64,000 nt of DNA from an uncultured Phycisphaerales bacterium (GCA_963755915.1 CAVWLP010000003.1:1280001-1344000); one strand, 5' to 3'; positions 42,597 to 53,821 are shown, counted from the first letter of the stretch. The notes: generated from the letters alone by a model not told the origin. Made by a program: numbers and translations.

Positions 42597-43096
42597 CTAG
42601 GCGTGCATCTGGGCTGCCTTGCGGTTGATGACGGATTCGGCCAACTCCGTCAATTTCTTGTCGGCAGCGCCTTCTTCGTTGAGCGTCTCCTGGAGCAATC
42701 GGGCGGCGTCGTCGTTGCCGAGGAGCTTGGCGAATGTTCGCACCACGCCGTACCCCGCCATCTCGTAATGCTCAACCCGCTGGGCAGCAGCGATGAGCCC
42801 GGCGTCCATGATCTCGGGCTCGGCCTTCTCGCCCATCATCCCGGCGCTTCTTCGATGAGACCTTTCATCGCTTTACACGTTTTGCCGCCGGGGCTGGTGC
42901 CGAGCGCATCGAAAATCTGCTCCAATCGCTCGACGTGCCCCTTGGTCTCCTCGAGGTGTGACTCGAACGCGTTTTTCAGTTCCGGAGAGGTGGACGATTT
43001 GGCCAGCTTCGGCAACGCCTTCACCAACTGGTTTTCGGCGTTGTAAAGGTCCTTGAGCTGGTCGACGAAAAGATCTTGTAGCGTTTCCATTTGCAT
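42597..43096 (-). CDS. ferritin-like DUF892 (YciF-like) protein (frameshift ~42840)
   Basis: LKDLYNAENQ..KALPK, HLEET..HVERL, AAQRVEHYEMAGYG. Confidence 0.88.
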
Positions 43097-43468
43097 GGGT
43101 ACTCCTTGTTGAACTCGTTTGCTGCGCCGGCTTCGCTGCCGACGGCCGCGGGGGGAAATTGCAACATGCGTGCCGGGCTGATTGATCCGGGAAACCGGCG
43201 CGTTAAGCCGGATATGGCTGGCGCGCGGCGCATTTGTGTCGCTGTGTGTCGGCATCGCGGCGCGAAGCTATAATGAGGGCAGATGAAGTCGGTTCGAATC
43301 AAGCGCGGCCTGCGGCGGATATTGCGGGTCATTCTCGTGGCCGGCGGGCTCTGGGGTGGATGGCTGGCGGCAAGCGCGCTCAACGATCATCGCAGTGATC
43401 TGCCGCGGCGCGTCGCGCCATCGACGCTGCCGGCTAATCCGATGACGAAGCAATAGCGGGTTTATTCC

Positions 43469-44623
43469 TTACTGGGCGGCGTTGGCTTGGTGGGCCTTGG
43501 CCATCGCGTCGAAGCGCGGATCGAAGCTGTCGTCGATCCATCGCACAAGCTGAAAATCCTTGCGATATTCAATCGGGACGAAGTGCAAGTGCGAGTTGCC
43601 CGCGTCATCGGTGTCGTCCGCCTGCGCGGCGGTGGGCTGCGTGGCGGCCGCAGCTGATGCGTAGGCGAGAATCGTGTCGCGAACTTTGGCGGCCACTTCG
43701 GGCTTGAGATTGAAGAACCAGCCGATCGTGGTGCGCGGGATTACGTCCGACTGATAGATGATCTTGATCTGAGACTTCTGGATGCGGCCATCGTCTTCGA
43801 GGCTCTGCAGCTTGTCGTTGGAGACGGCGGCGGCTTCGTAGTCGCCCTTAGCGACGCCTTCGATCGACTTGGTCTGGCTCAGCGACCAGGCGATGAAGTA
43901 ATCGACGTTGGGGCGCATTTGTTCGTTTTCCATCAGCAGGGCGACCGCGGCACGGTAGCCAGTGATGGAGGCGGGGACAGTACATTCCAGCGTGTGGCCT
44001 TTGAGGTCGGCGGCGCTGTTCAGGGGGCTGTTTGCGGGGGCGATGATGTCGACGTGATTTCCGTTGACGCCGCTCTGGTCGGCGAGGACGGCGGCGGGCT
44101 GATAGCCGTAGTTGTTGACGAGGAACGGGGTGTCGGCGGCGTGGAGGGCGAGGATGGTGATGCCGCCTTTATTGATTTTGGCGAGCTGGTCGGCGCTGTT
44201 GTCGAACTTCATGTCGACGACCTGTTTTCCCGTGGCCTTGGCCAGACCTTTTTCGAATTGGGACCAGCCTGCCGCGGGGGCTTCGTCATCGCCGGCGATG
44301 TGGGCGACTACGATGGGGTTGGGATCGACGAGCTGGTCGGAGCCGGAGGGGGGATCGGCGAGGAGGCGGTTCTGGGAATCGGTGAACTGGCCGGCAAGGA
44401 CCTTGGGGGTTGGAGTCACAAGGCCGACGCTTTTTACCGTGTTGTCTTCGGTAAGCTGCTCATCGTTGCGGGCCTGCATGGTTCGCATGGCGGCGTTGCC
44501 TGCCCAGAGGATCGCGGCGATGAGGGCGAGGAAGAGCAGGACGCGCGCGAAGGTGCCGATGCGGGAATTGCTCGGGAGCGTGGGGTTTGGATTTGAAGCC
44601 GGATCGGGAGGCTGCTGGCTCAT
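43469..44623 (-). CDS. phosphate/phosphonate-type (PhnD-like) substrate-binding protein
   Basis: N-terminal TM, DLKGHTL, SITGY, SIEGVAKGDYEAAAV, IIYQSDVIP. Confidence 0.7.
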   Translation of the reverse strand: MSQQPPDPASNPNPTLPSNSRIGTFARVLLFLALIAAILWAGNAAMRTMQARNDEQLTEDNTVKSVGLVTPTPKVLAGQFTDSQNRLLADPPSGSDQLVDPNPIVVAHIAGDDEAPAAGWSQFEKGLAKATGKQVVDMKFDNSADQLAKINKGGITILALHAADTPFLVNNYGYQPAAVLADQSGVNGNHVDIIAPANSPLNSAADLKGHTLECTVPASITGYRAAVALLMENEQMRPNVDYFIAWSLSQTKSIEGVAKGDYEAAAVSNDKLQSLEDDGRIQKSQIKIIYQSDVIPRTTIGWFFNLKPEVAAKVRDTILAYASAAAATQPTAAQADDTDDAGNSHLHFVPIEYRKDFQLVRWIDDSFDPRFDAMAKAHQANAAQ

Positions 44624-44841
44624 GAGAGGTTTCCTTCCGCTTTCTTTAGCGCGACGAATACCCTTGCGGCCGGGAGATCGGCGGCGCGCTTCCCCGCCAA
44701 ACTGATCGCTTTACGGGCGGGGTTAAGCTTCGCGGAAAATTGTTAATTTTGCGTTTTGATTTGGTGAAGAATTTTGGGCGGAGATTGTTTTCGGGTAGGC
44801 GGAGATTTTTTTGGGCGGGGATAGTATCGGGTACAAAAGGT

Positions 44842-46331
44842 TAATCCCGTTCGGCACGCAGGCTTCATCGGAGCATTCCAAAGCTGTGGAGGACGCGAAA
44901 CAATTGAAGCTTAGATACTTTTACTTTCCCCTGCTGCACGCCGGCGTCCGCAAGAGCGCAGCATCAACCGCGAGGTCTCCGCGGCGACGGATTCCCCTTC
45001 AGTTTACTCCCAGTTTTTTCAAGGCCTCCGCTCTTGCCCTCAGCTTAATCCCGGTGTTATCCGGCTTGTTCAGGAATCGAAGCACGTCCTGTTCCTCGGC
45101 CAGCCCCAGCAGATACCAGCCGATCATGTTCCGCATCGCCTTGTTCGGCTTCCTGCCGCTGATCAGCTGAATCAGCACGCAGACGATCAGCGCGCAGTGG
45201 ATTTGGATGTCGATCCCCTCCTGGCGTTGGCTCAGCAGGTGACGCATGCCCAGCAGTTGCTTGAAGATCCGGAAGAACAACTCAACGGTGTAGCGGTACA
45301 GATAAATCAGGGCGATCAATTCCGCCGGCAGGTCCAGCAGGTTCGTGTACAGGATGATCAGGTCCGTCGGCTTGTTGCCGCTGCGCGTGCGGCGCGGATG
45401 GGGTTTCACCTGCACTTCCACCCGTCGCACCACCCTATCCGCCGCCGTCTCCAGGCCGTCGAGTTTCACCAGCGCGTCTCGCACCACGCCGCCGTCCAAT
45501 GCTTCCTGTGAAAGCAATCGTTCTTCAAACAGCTCAAACACCGAGTTTTCCGCGGCCCGCATCACAAAGGAGCTTTGCGCCGCGGCGATGTCCGCAAAGA
45601 GGCTCCGGTCGGCGTAGCCGCCGTCTCCTACATAGCACCGTCCTGCTTCCAGGCTGCGCCGCAGGACGTTGTTTTCACGGTTGGCCCCCGCGTTGCGAGC
45701 GCCAGTGCGGTCGAGGCGATGGACTTTGAACGTCTCCAGATCGAATTGAACGTGCAAACGCCAGCCATAGACCGCTTTCCCGTCCCGGGAGGTGTTGTAG
45801 CGCGCATCGATGCCGCAAGCGGATTTGGCCAGCCGACTCAGCGCCGTCAGCACCGTCCCGTCGACCAGCGTGATCGCCTGCCCAAAGTCCGCAAGACGCG
45901 GATCGGGCGCCTGGGGCAGTTCCCCCGCCAATTCCTCAATCAGCGGCGTCAAACGCCCCGGCTCGAACACCCGAACCGATTCAGAGAAACTGCCCACGGA
46001 AAAACGCTTAATTCCCAGCGCCTTGGCCACCTTGGGCAGTTCAGCAACCTCCTGAAGATCCCGCAGGGATTGGATCAGCGGATTCCAGGTGTAAAGCAAA
46101 ACCAGCTTGCAATAATCGTCGAAGTGAAGCTGGCGGTTCCCGGCTCGATCCCGCTCACAGCCCACATCCCGCAGCGTGGGCAGCAGCGCGAAGACGCGCC
46201 GCAGATGTCCGAGGCACAGGATCTCTTTTTCCTTCAGTCTTGCCTGCACGTCCGGCAGCATGCCATAAAAAGATCAAAGGCGCAATCTCAATATCTTGCT
46301 GCTTGCGCGAACCCCGTGCCGAACGGGATTA
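44842..46331 (-). mobile_element. complete IS4-family insertion sequence (1490 bp)
   Basis: perfect 17-bp IRs taatcccgttcggcacg (44842-44858)/cgtgccgaacgggatta (46315-46331); 9-bp TSD acaaaaggt (44833-44841, 46332-46340). Confidence 0.92.
44999..46261 (-). CDS. IS4-family DDE transposase
   Basis: LVDGT, VGDGGY, YLYRYTVELFFRIFK (YREK signature). Confidence 0.9.
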   Translation of the reverse strand: MLPDVQARLKEKEILCLGHLRRVFALLPTLRDVGCERDRAGNRQLHFDDYCKLVLLYTWNPLIQSLRDLQEVAELPKVAKALGIKRFSVGSFSESVRVFEPGRLTPLIEELAGELPQAPDPRLADFGQAITLVDGTVLTALSRLAKSACGIDARYNTSRDGKAVYGWRLHVQFDLETFKVHRLDRTGARNAGANRENNVLRRSLEAGRCYVGDGGYADRSLFADIAAAQSSFVMRAAENSVFELFEERLLSQEALDGGVVRDALVKLDGLETAADRVVRRVEVQVKPHPRRTRSGNKPTDLIILYTNLLDLPAELIALIYLYRYTVELFFRIFKQLLGMRHLLSQRQEGIDIQIHCALIVCVLIQLISGRKPNKAMRNMIGWYLLGLAEEQDVLRFLNKPDNTGIKLRARAEALKKLGVN

Positions 46332-46606
46332 ACAAAAGGTAACAGTCGGCAGGCTTTGCCTTTGATCCCCGCCAATTTGTCACGCTGCCCGTAAACCTCT
46401 AATCCTGCCCATAAATGCCAGAATGGCAGCGGTGGCAATCGGAAGCCAAGGCCCTAATATATCCGCCCGTGCGGCCACGGCCGAAAATCATCCTAGTCCT
46501 GTGTCTCATCGCCTTTCTCGCGGCCTGCTCCTACGGGCTATAGCTCGCGATCAGGTCGGGAAAATAGCAGTCACAGCAACTCGCCCTTCCTGCTACAGTC
46601 TCCCCC

Positions 46607-46789
46607 ATGCCCGGCAAGCCCCAGCGCAGGAAGTCCAGAGACTACAAGTCGATTGACGAGCTTATCAAACACATCCAAGAGGTCCAGATTAAATCGACCG
46701 AGATCATTAGCAAGATGCGCGCGTTGCAAAAGCGTTTGAATGCCGTTTCGGAGAAGCGGGAGACGAGAGAAAACAACCGTCGAAAATGA
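46607..46789 (+). CDS. small coiled-coil hypothetical protein
   Basis: 60-aa ORF with heptad-like helix; possible -10 box (tacagt) just upstream. Confidence 0.35.
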   Translation: MPGKPQRRKSRDYKSIDELIKHIQEVQIKSTEIISKMRALQKRLNAVSEKRETRENNRRK

Positions 46790-46866
46790 ATATCTGCCCG
46801 AAATACCGAAATGACCGCCCTCAGCAAAATTGAGCTATTCAAGCAATCTGGGTAGGCTTGGGATTC

Positions 46867-47130
46867 ATGCCGCCGAATGGCCCAAGGAGATTCGGGGTCA
46901 TCGTTTCCGACATCGACGAAGCGCAGCGGTTTTTAGATCGCTTTTCCCGGAAACTCGGCACGCTGGACGGATCGCCCTGCCGTTGTTCCGAGACTTCCAC
47001 CTACCCGGACTCTGCTGGCATCCTCGTGACCGTTCTTCTTACCCCTTGGAACCTTCCGATAGACCCAGACGACGCAGTGTCCTTTGATAAGCTGATCCGC
47101 GAAACCGGGGCGACGGAGATAACGGCCTAG
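46867..47130 (+). CDS. small hypothetical protein
   Basis: 87-aa ORF with globular composition. Confidence 0.35.
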   Translation: MPPNGPRRFGVIVSDIDEAQRFLDRFSRKLGTLDGSPCRCSETSTYPDSAGILVTVLLTPWNLPIDPDDAVSFDKLIRETGATEITA

Positions 47131-47629
47131 CCGAAAATTCCGCACGTAAACACCAAAATAGCAGGCGCGGCTGAATTTACGTATGATTCCATCCCATGCC
47201 CATCGAAAGGATGCGACCCGATCCTTCGCTGTTTACAAGATATTGATTGTTAGGGAGCAAACACGACGATGGCAAGATACGAAGAAAAAATGTTTAATGG
47301 CAATAAAACACCACCCGACAATCCGAGCCGCCGAAAGGCGGCTTTTTCGTGCGCTGACGATAGAATATGGGGATGCCACGACAGAAACAGGATGAACGGC
47401 TTGTGGTACGAATGGTTTCGCGGTTTCTAACAGAATGTCCAAACCAAACGTGCTCAATTCTCGAAATTTACAAATCACTGCGCGATTCGAGCATCAGGAG
47501 TCATCGCGGGGTTGCAGATTCGCCAACTGCCAATGAAATCCGCCTTCTTACAAGAGCGCGCCCGACGCTTCGAAATCCTGTCGGGAGGAAGAGTTCGTTT
47601 GAAATATTCAAAATAGGGCACTTACGGGA

Positions 47630-47824
47630 ATGGCTGAATTCATCAACTCCGTTGACCTCTCCGGCTACACCCGGCGCGGCGATCCGCGGCCGGTGAAGCT
47701 GACGCGGGGTGGAAACGGCCGGGTTTTAATCACGATGCAAACCGGGAAGGAAAAGCGCGAGGTTGACGTTGTGGTGCGGGTTCAGGAACTAGCCGATGCG
47801 GCGAAAAAACTGGGGGCGAAATAA
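47630..47824 (+). CDS. small hypothetical protein
   Basis: 64-aa ORF MAEFINSVDLSG... with plausible composition. Confidence 0.4.
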   Translation: MAEFINSVDLSGYTRRGDPRPVKLTRGGNGRVLITMQTGKEKREVDVVVRVQELADAAKKLGAK

Positions 47825-48006
47825 GATGCCTTTAAACCGGGAATTCTGCCCACAAACCCCCGGCTTTTCTGAGCAAGAAATTACAATAAAGGCAAAGCTC
47901 AGTCGGCAACAAGCTGGGTAGCTTGGGAGGTTTGGATAAGACCAAAAGACAGAATTTGTCATCTTATGGCTACACAAGAGGACAAAGCCTTTCGGCGGAT
48001 CCGCTG

Positions 48007-48563
48007 TTAACCCTGCCAGGCGTGCTGCCGGAACGGGTCTTCCAAGGGCGGATTGGCGATGGTTCCAGCGTAGTTTGTGATCGTGGAGGCCGCGACGATT
48101 GCGATTACCTCCAGGACCTGTTCCTTCGTAAAGCCGGCAGCGAGGAAAGAATCGAGTTCGCGCTGGCCAACGTGTCCGCGTTTCTCAATGAGCGTGGTTG
48201 CCAGGGTGGAAAGCGCGGCGAACCGGTGATCGACCGGCGCGCGGCGCTGGCGAATCGCGTCGGTTTCCTCGGCGCTGACTCCCTGCTTCAGCGCGAGCGT
48301 GGTATGAAACGCAACCGCATAGGCGCAGGAGTTCACCACGGCATCTGTCAGGAGAACGATTTGAATCTCCGGCTCGCTGAGGCTGCTGCTGTGGACCTGC
48401 TGAAACACGCCAACCAGCGCGTTGATGAGTTTCGGTGAATTCGCAATGATGGCAGCGATGTTGGGCACAACGCCAAACACTTTCTGTAGTTGCTGGAGTC
48501 CCACTTTCGAATTCTCGGCGCCGAGGCAATCGTAAGAACAGGATAGTTTGGTTTATCTGACAT
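48007..48563 (-). CDS. carboxymuconolactone decarboxylase/AhpD-family protein (frameshift ~48510)
   Basis: FGVVPN..A..ANSP, VVNSCAYAVAFH, FLAAGFT..QVLEVI. Confidence 0.8.
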
Positions 48564-48750
48564 GGGGCTTTCCTTTCTGTGTGTTGAGGCTGGTTGTTTC
48601 CGGATGCGATGCGGCGAAGGCATCGCCGGGGATTCAACCGGATGGTGTATCATGTACCTGGCTGACAGGTCGAGGGGGAAATCGGCGGTCCCGAGGTGGA
48701 GGGCCACAGCATGGCCATGCTGTGGCTTTCGGTGTGGGATGCGCGGGGGG

Positions 48751-49908
48751 TTATTCCAGGAGTTGAAGGATGGTTTGGGCGTAGAGGCGGTGGGAGTAGT
48801 CGTTGGGGTGGTTGATGCCGTTGCCGGTGAGGTCGGGGAATTTTTTTCGTTCGAGAATTTGTTGCCATAGGGTGGTGACGTCGGCGACTTCGATGCCGGG
48901 ACGGCGGAGCGTTAGAAGCTGGTCACGATATGAAAAGAGCAGGGAGGGGTGGAGGAATTTGTCGCCCGGGTTGGGGAGCATGGAAGCGACGAGGATGAAT
49001 TCGGTGTTGGGGCAGGCCTCGTGGGTTTCGGTGAGGATCAACAGAATATTGGACCGGAAGTCGTCGGGTGGGACGGCGACGGCGTCGTTCATGCCGAAGG
49101 CGATGATCACGAGATCGGGCTGCTGGGCGATGACGTCGGGAGTTTTCGTCACTGCCCAGGCGGAATTTTTGCCGCCCACGGAGAGGTTGATGACGGTGAT
49201 CGAGCCGGGGGGCAGATGGTAGTGGGATTGCAATTCGTCCGCGACGAGGTTGGGGAATGGGGGCTGGTATGGAGGGACGTGCTCGAAGGCGGAGGCGTTT
49301 GAGCCGGCGGAGATGCTGTCGCCGAGGATGACGATTTTCAGGGGGGAGCGGGATTGGAGTTTTTCGAGGGTGAGGGGAAGGTTGGGGGAGGGAGAGTCGG
49401 AGGGTCCAATAGTCCAGGTTTCGGCGTGGGAATAGGATGCGGTGACCTGAAGCTGCTGGAAGAAGCTGCCTTCGGCGTAAAGCAAAGCGGATTGGCCATC
49501 GCCGGAGGGCATCGAATGGGGGAAACCTGGGGCGGGGTGGAGTTGCTGATCGGTGAGGAAGGGGATGCGGGAATTCGGGGGAAGAGTGAGGGTGCGGGAG
49601 CCGGGAGTCCAGAGGAAATCGGGTCCCTGAAGGTAATGTGAAGCGCCGTCGGAGGAGGTGAGAGCGGGTGCCGTGGTGGGGGTGAACCAGAGGGTGGCGG
49701 TGGGAGGGTCTTCATCCGTGTTTTTTTCAAAGAGGAGGGGTTCGCCGTCCATCTGGTGAGTGGTCCACATGGGGTGGAATGGCGGGGCGGGGGCGAATTG
49801 AGCGGCGTATTGGGGGGTGGGAGAGGATGTTTTAGTGTAATTGTCGCAATTACAACCATAAATGGCCATGGAAACTGAAGCCAAGATGAAAATTAAGGGG
49901 CGGTGCAT
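48751..49908 (-). CDS. SGNH/GDSL hydrolase, secreted/lipoprotein
   Basis: GDSISAG, SVGG, AFGMND, NGINHPND. Confidence 0.85.
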   Translation of the reverse strand: MHRPLIFILASVSMAIYGCNCDNYTKTSSPTPQYAAQFAPAPPFHPMWTTHQMDGEPLLFEKNTDEDPPTATLWFTPTTAPALTSSDGASHYLQGPDFLWTPGSRTLTLPPNSRIPFLTDQQLHPAPGFPHSMPSGDGQSALLYAEGSFFQQLQVTASYSHAETWTIGPSDSPSPNLPLTLEKLQSRSPLKIVILGDSISAGSNASAFEHVPPYQPPFPNLVADELQSHYHLPPGSITVINLSVGGKNSAWAVTKTPDVIAQQPDLVIIAFGMNDAVAVPPDDFRSNILLILTETHEACPNTEFILVASMLPNPGDKFLHPSLLFSYRDQLLTLRRPGIEVADVTTLWQQILERKKFPDLTGNGINHPNDYSHRLYAQTILQLLE

Positions 49909-50031
49909 TTTTTGGTTTTAGCGGGGTAAGACTTAAGGGGATGTGAAGATGGACGGGAATTTTTGGGGGTGGTGCAGGCGCGGTGGTCGGTTTATGATTT
50001 TTTCTGATTTGCAGCGAAAGTGAGGCGTGAC

Positions 50032-50662
50032 ATGAATGGTAATGCGATTGACGTGGGAGAGGCCTATCTGCGGGCGCTAAGAAGCTGTCCGAAAACCTAA
50101 TGAACCTGCGACGACGCAATTTTCGGCTGGCATCAAGGAGCGACGACGAGTCGTATACGCAGGTTATACGGCGAGGAGGAGCGACGCCGAGGCCGGCCGA
50201 AAAGTGCGTCGCCCTCCGGGTGGGTCGGAAATGGCCCATCTGCGGCGTTGTCGCGACTCAACAACCCGTTTTGTCAGGGTTGCTTCGTCGCTCCGCCTTG
50301 CATCTGGGCCATTTCCGGCCCATCGCAGGCTCATTAGGTTTCCGGACAGCTTCTAAGTGAAAAGAACCTGAAGCAGATCGAAAGTTATGTGCATCCCGAA
50401 ATCAAGTTTAAGTCGCCGATTGTCGAGTGCACGGGAGCGGCGAGATTTTTGGAGGCGGTGGAAAAACTGACTTCGCGTATGAGATCGCTGCGGGTGAGGG
50501 CGAAGTTCTCCTCCGAGAACCAGGCGATGTTTGCTTATGACATCGTTTTTGGTCCGCCGATCGGGGTGACGAGGGCGGCGAATCTGATGACCGGAGGAGG
50601 AGAAGATCAGGGAGATGGAACTGGTGTTTGATGCGCGGCCGTTTGCGGCGATGGGGATGTGA
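50032..50662 (+). pseudogene. SnoaL/NTF2-like gene interrupted by a MITE
   Basis: removing the MITE plus one TAA gives MNGNAIDVGEAYLRALSEKNLKQIESYVHPEIKFKSP...; tail KIREMELVFDARPF in a shifted frame. Confidence 0.75.
50081..50353. mobile_element. 273-bp MITE with ~31-bp IRs and TAA duplication
   Basis: gaagctgtccgaaaacctaatgaacctgcga ... tcgcaggctcattaggtttccggacagcttc; TAA on both sides. Confidence 0.88.
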
Positions 50663-51168
50663 GGGGAATGGGGATTGCCGAATGCCGATTGCCAAATAAC
50701 GATTGAGGAAGGGCGCGGGGAAGCACTGTGGGTGCGAGGACTCAGACCTTTGACAGGTGATGTAGTTTCGGGGAGGCCCCAGCACGGCTACTCCGTGGCA
50801 ACGGAGAAGGGGGGAAACGGTGCACAAATGGCCGATATGCGGAGAATTTTGGCCGCATGGAATTGCCAATCTCCATTTTTTATCTATAACTTATTTTCAG
50901 CAAAATACTTGCGATATGGCAATATTTCAACTTTTTATTGATTTAAGCGGATGGAGTTGGTAGAGTTGTGTGTTGTGGGTCTAGGCAATGGAGTTTGGCC
51001 GGGACTTGAGTCTGTTTTCACAGCTTTCGGGCCGCGTCAGTAATCCGTAGTTTTTTGTTGATCGCGAGCGACCTCGAAGGGAGCGGAAGTTGGGTTTGGG
51101 CGTGGTTATAGGACGGTGAGAGAATCAGCTCGGTGAGATTTCGAGCAAAAGTGGAAGGGAGCAGAATT

Positions 51169-51825
51169 ATGTTGGGCAACAAATGCAGACTTCTGGGGTT
51201 CGGGCTTATTAGCGCAGCAGCGGTCTTCGTTTTCACTGGCCTTTTCAACTCGTCCGCCAGCGCCGACACGGTGCTCGTACAGCTCGTTTCAACCAATGCT
51301 CAGATTGTCGGCAGTGGCGAGTTCATATATGACGCCTCGTTGACATCGAGCAGTTCAACGCAGACACAGGTTCAGACGGGCGACTTTTTCACAATTCTCG
51401 ATTTCGGTCCTGCGACCAGCATAAGCGCCCCAGCGGGATGGTCGGCTTCGCAGGCATTGGTCGGCCCCGTGGGTCTTTTTCAGGCTCCGCCGGATAGTCC
51501 GACGGTCCTCAATCTTACCTTTACCTACTCTGGCACAGCAATCACAGCAATGATGGGCCAATCCGTGGATTTGGGCGATTTCACAGCATATTCCACCGGC
51601 AAAGGCGTAATTACCGGATACTACAGTGCCCAGGATCATGAGTACGATTCCAGCAGTCCTGGCAGCTATGACACATCAGGCAACAGCTCGTCGGTCGGTG
51701 TGCCGATCGGGTTTGGTCCCCCGCCACCGCTACCGCTTCCCGCTTCGGTTTGGGGCGGCATCGTCCTGCTTGGTATGTTTGCCTCAGCAAAGATGCTCAG
51801 CCGCCAGACTGCTCCTCGGGTCTGA
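51169..51825 (+). CDS. secreted protein with PEP-CTERM-like (PLPA) sorting tail
   Basis: signal peptide ending ASA, S/T-rich body, PLPASVWGGIVLLG + basic tail. Confidence 0.75.
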   Translation: MLGNKCRLLGFGLISAAAVFVFTGLFNSSASADTVLVQLVSTNAQIVGSGEFIYDASLTSSSSTQTQVQTGDFFTILDFGPATSISAPAGWSASQALVGPVGLFQAPPDSPTVLNLTFTYSGTAITAMMGQSVDLGDFTAYSTGKGVITGYYSAQDHEYDSSSPGSYDTSGNSSSVGVPIGFGPPPPLPLPASVWGGIVLLGMFASAKMLSRQTAPRV

Positions 51826-51850
51826 ATTCAGCCGAATCTGAAAAACTTTC

Positions 51851-51881
51851 AAAGCCAGCCTTCGGGCCGGCTTTTCTTTTT
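51851..51881 (+). terminator. rho-independent terminator
   Basis: aaagccagcc-ttcg-ggccggctttt followed by T-tract. Confidence 0.6.
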
Positions 51882-51917
51882 CCGGTCACGGTGGATCCTG
51901 TGTATCCCCGCCGGTCA

Positions 51918-53321
51918 CTAGACATGCTGCAACTTATTCATTCCATTTAGCGCTGCGACTTTGTAGGCTTCGGCCAGGGTGGGGTAGTTGAAGACGCTGT
52001 TGACGAAATAATCCAATGTTCCCTGAAGAGCCATGACGGCCTGGCCGATGTGGATCAGTTCTGTGGCACCGGTGCCGATGGCGTGGACGCCGAGGATTTG
52101 GCGGTTTTGCTGGTGGATTAATAGTTTCAGCATGCCGTCGGTGTCGCCCAGGAGTTGGCCGCGGGCGAGCTCGCGGTATTGGGCGATGCCGGCTTCGTAA
52201 GGGATGCCGGCGGTGGTGAGCTGGTCTTCGGTCCGGCCGACCATGGAGATTTCGGGGATGGCGTAGATGCCGTAGGGGAAGAGCTCGGGGATGGAGCAGG
52301 TAGTGACGCCGAAGGCGTGGCAGGCGGCGAGGCGGCCCTGTTCCATGGCGGTGCTTGCGAGGGCGGGGAAGCCGATGACGTCGCCGACGGCGTAGATCCA
52401 GGGGACCTCGGTTTGATAGGAGGCGTTGACCTTGAGCCGCTCGCGGTCGTCGGCCTTGAGGCCGGCCTTGTCGAGGTCGAGATTGGAAGTTGTGCCCTGG
52501 CGGCCGACGGAATAGAGGAGGGTTTCAGCGCGGAGCTGTTTTCCGCTTTCGAGGGTTGCCAGGACCGAGGCGCCGTTGTTGGCGGGGCCGGGAAGGCGCT
52601 CGATCTTGTGGACTTTTTCGCCGAGGCGAAGGGTCACGCCCATGCGGCGCATCTGGTATTGGAGGGCTTCGGTGATTTCGGCGTCGAGGAATCCGAGGCA
52701 TTCATGGCGGCCTTCGACGAGGGTGACCTTAACGCCGAGGGCGGCGAGCATGCAGGTGTATTCGATGCCGATGACCCCCCCACCGACGACGATCATGGTC
52801 CTGGGGATGTGATCGAGCTTGAGGAGCTCATCGGAAGTGACGATGGATTTGTTGTCGAAGGGGACGGAATCGGGCCGCGCGGGGCGGGTGCCGCTGGCGA
52901 TGACAACGCAGTCGGTGCTGACGACTTCGAAATCGTCCTGCCGCTGGATGCGGATGGTTTTTTCCTTCTCGAACCGGGCTTCGCCCCAGATGAGATCGAC
53001 GTTGTTGCGTTCGAGCTGGTTGCGGATGAGATCGAGCTCGGAGTGGACGACCTGCTGGGAGACGTAGATGAGGTCGGCGATGGTGATCATGCGTTTGACG
53101 CGATAGCTTTCGCCGAAGAGTGACCGGCGATTGAGGCCGGTGAGATGGAGAACGGCTTCGCGGAGTGCCTTGGAAGGGATGGTGCCGGTGTTGATGGATG
53201 CCCCGCCGAGGACGTTGCTTTTTTCGACGATGCAGACTTGTTTTCCGAGCTTGGCGGCCTGTATGGCGGCCTTTTGCCCCCCTGGACCGGAGCCGATGAC
53301 GACGCAGTCGAAATGCCTCAT
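51918..53321 (-). CDS. sthA: soluble pyridine nucleotide transhydrogenase
   Basis: GSGPGGQKAA, GASINTGTIPSKALRE (no redox CxxxxC), GDVIGFPALAS, FNYPTLAEAYK. Confidence 0.9.
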   Translation of the reverse strand: MRHFDCVVIGSGPGGQKAAIQAAKLGKQVCIVEKSNVLGGASINTGTIPSKALREAVLHLTGLNRRSLFGESYRVKRMITIADLIYVSQQVVHSELDLIRNQLERNNVDLIWGEARFEKEKTIRIQRQDDFEVVSTDCVVIASGTRPARPDSVPFDNKSIVTSDELLKLDHIPRTMIVVGGGVIGIEYTCMLAALGVKVTLVEGRHECLGFLDAEITEALQYQMRRMGVTLRLGEKVHKIERLPGPANNGASVLATLESGKQLRAETLLYSVGRQGTTSNLDLDKAGLKADDRERLKVNASYQTEVPWIYAVGDVIGFPALASTAMEQGRLAACHAFGVTTCSIPELFPYGIYAIPEISMVGRTEDQLTTAGIPYEAGIAQYRELARGQLLGDTDGMLKLLIHQQNRQILGVHAIGTGATELIHIGQAVMALQGTLDYFVNSVFNYPTLAEAYKVAALNGMNKLQHV

Positions 53322-53821
53322 ATTACTTTTCCGCGAAGAGGGTATTGCGGTTGGCTGGTGTTCTGTGCCGGATATTAGGGGAAAGGGGGCGGTGCGTCCA
53401 ATGGGGAGTGTGAGGGTGCAATTTTTGCAGAAATCAGGCTGGGAGGGTCGATTTAGTGATATATCGGACCTTGATGCCTACACTGGGTATGGTATGAAGT
53501 GAATGGCGATTGCCGATTGCCAAATGCCGAATACAAGAGAATTGCTAATCGGAATTTAGAAGGTGTGTGGAATTATGAGTTCGCCGGAAATGCTTGGTGG
53601 TGAAGAACGGGGTATCGACGCGATCGATTTCGCAGTCGGGTGCGTGGTCGTGAGCATTGCGCTGTTTGCGATCGTGATGGCGATTTTGAAGTATCGATAG
53701 AGCTGGCCTGAAACCAGAATTCCGAAGCCAGAATTCCGAATCAAATCAGAATACCGAATGACTGAATGGGCGAAGCCCCCGAGACGAGGAGTCGGCGGGG
53801 CATTCGTTATTTGGGCATTTG

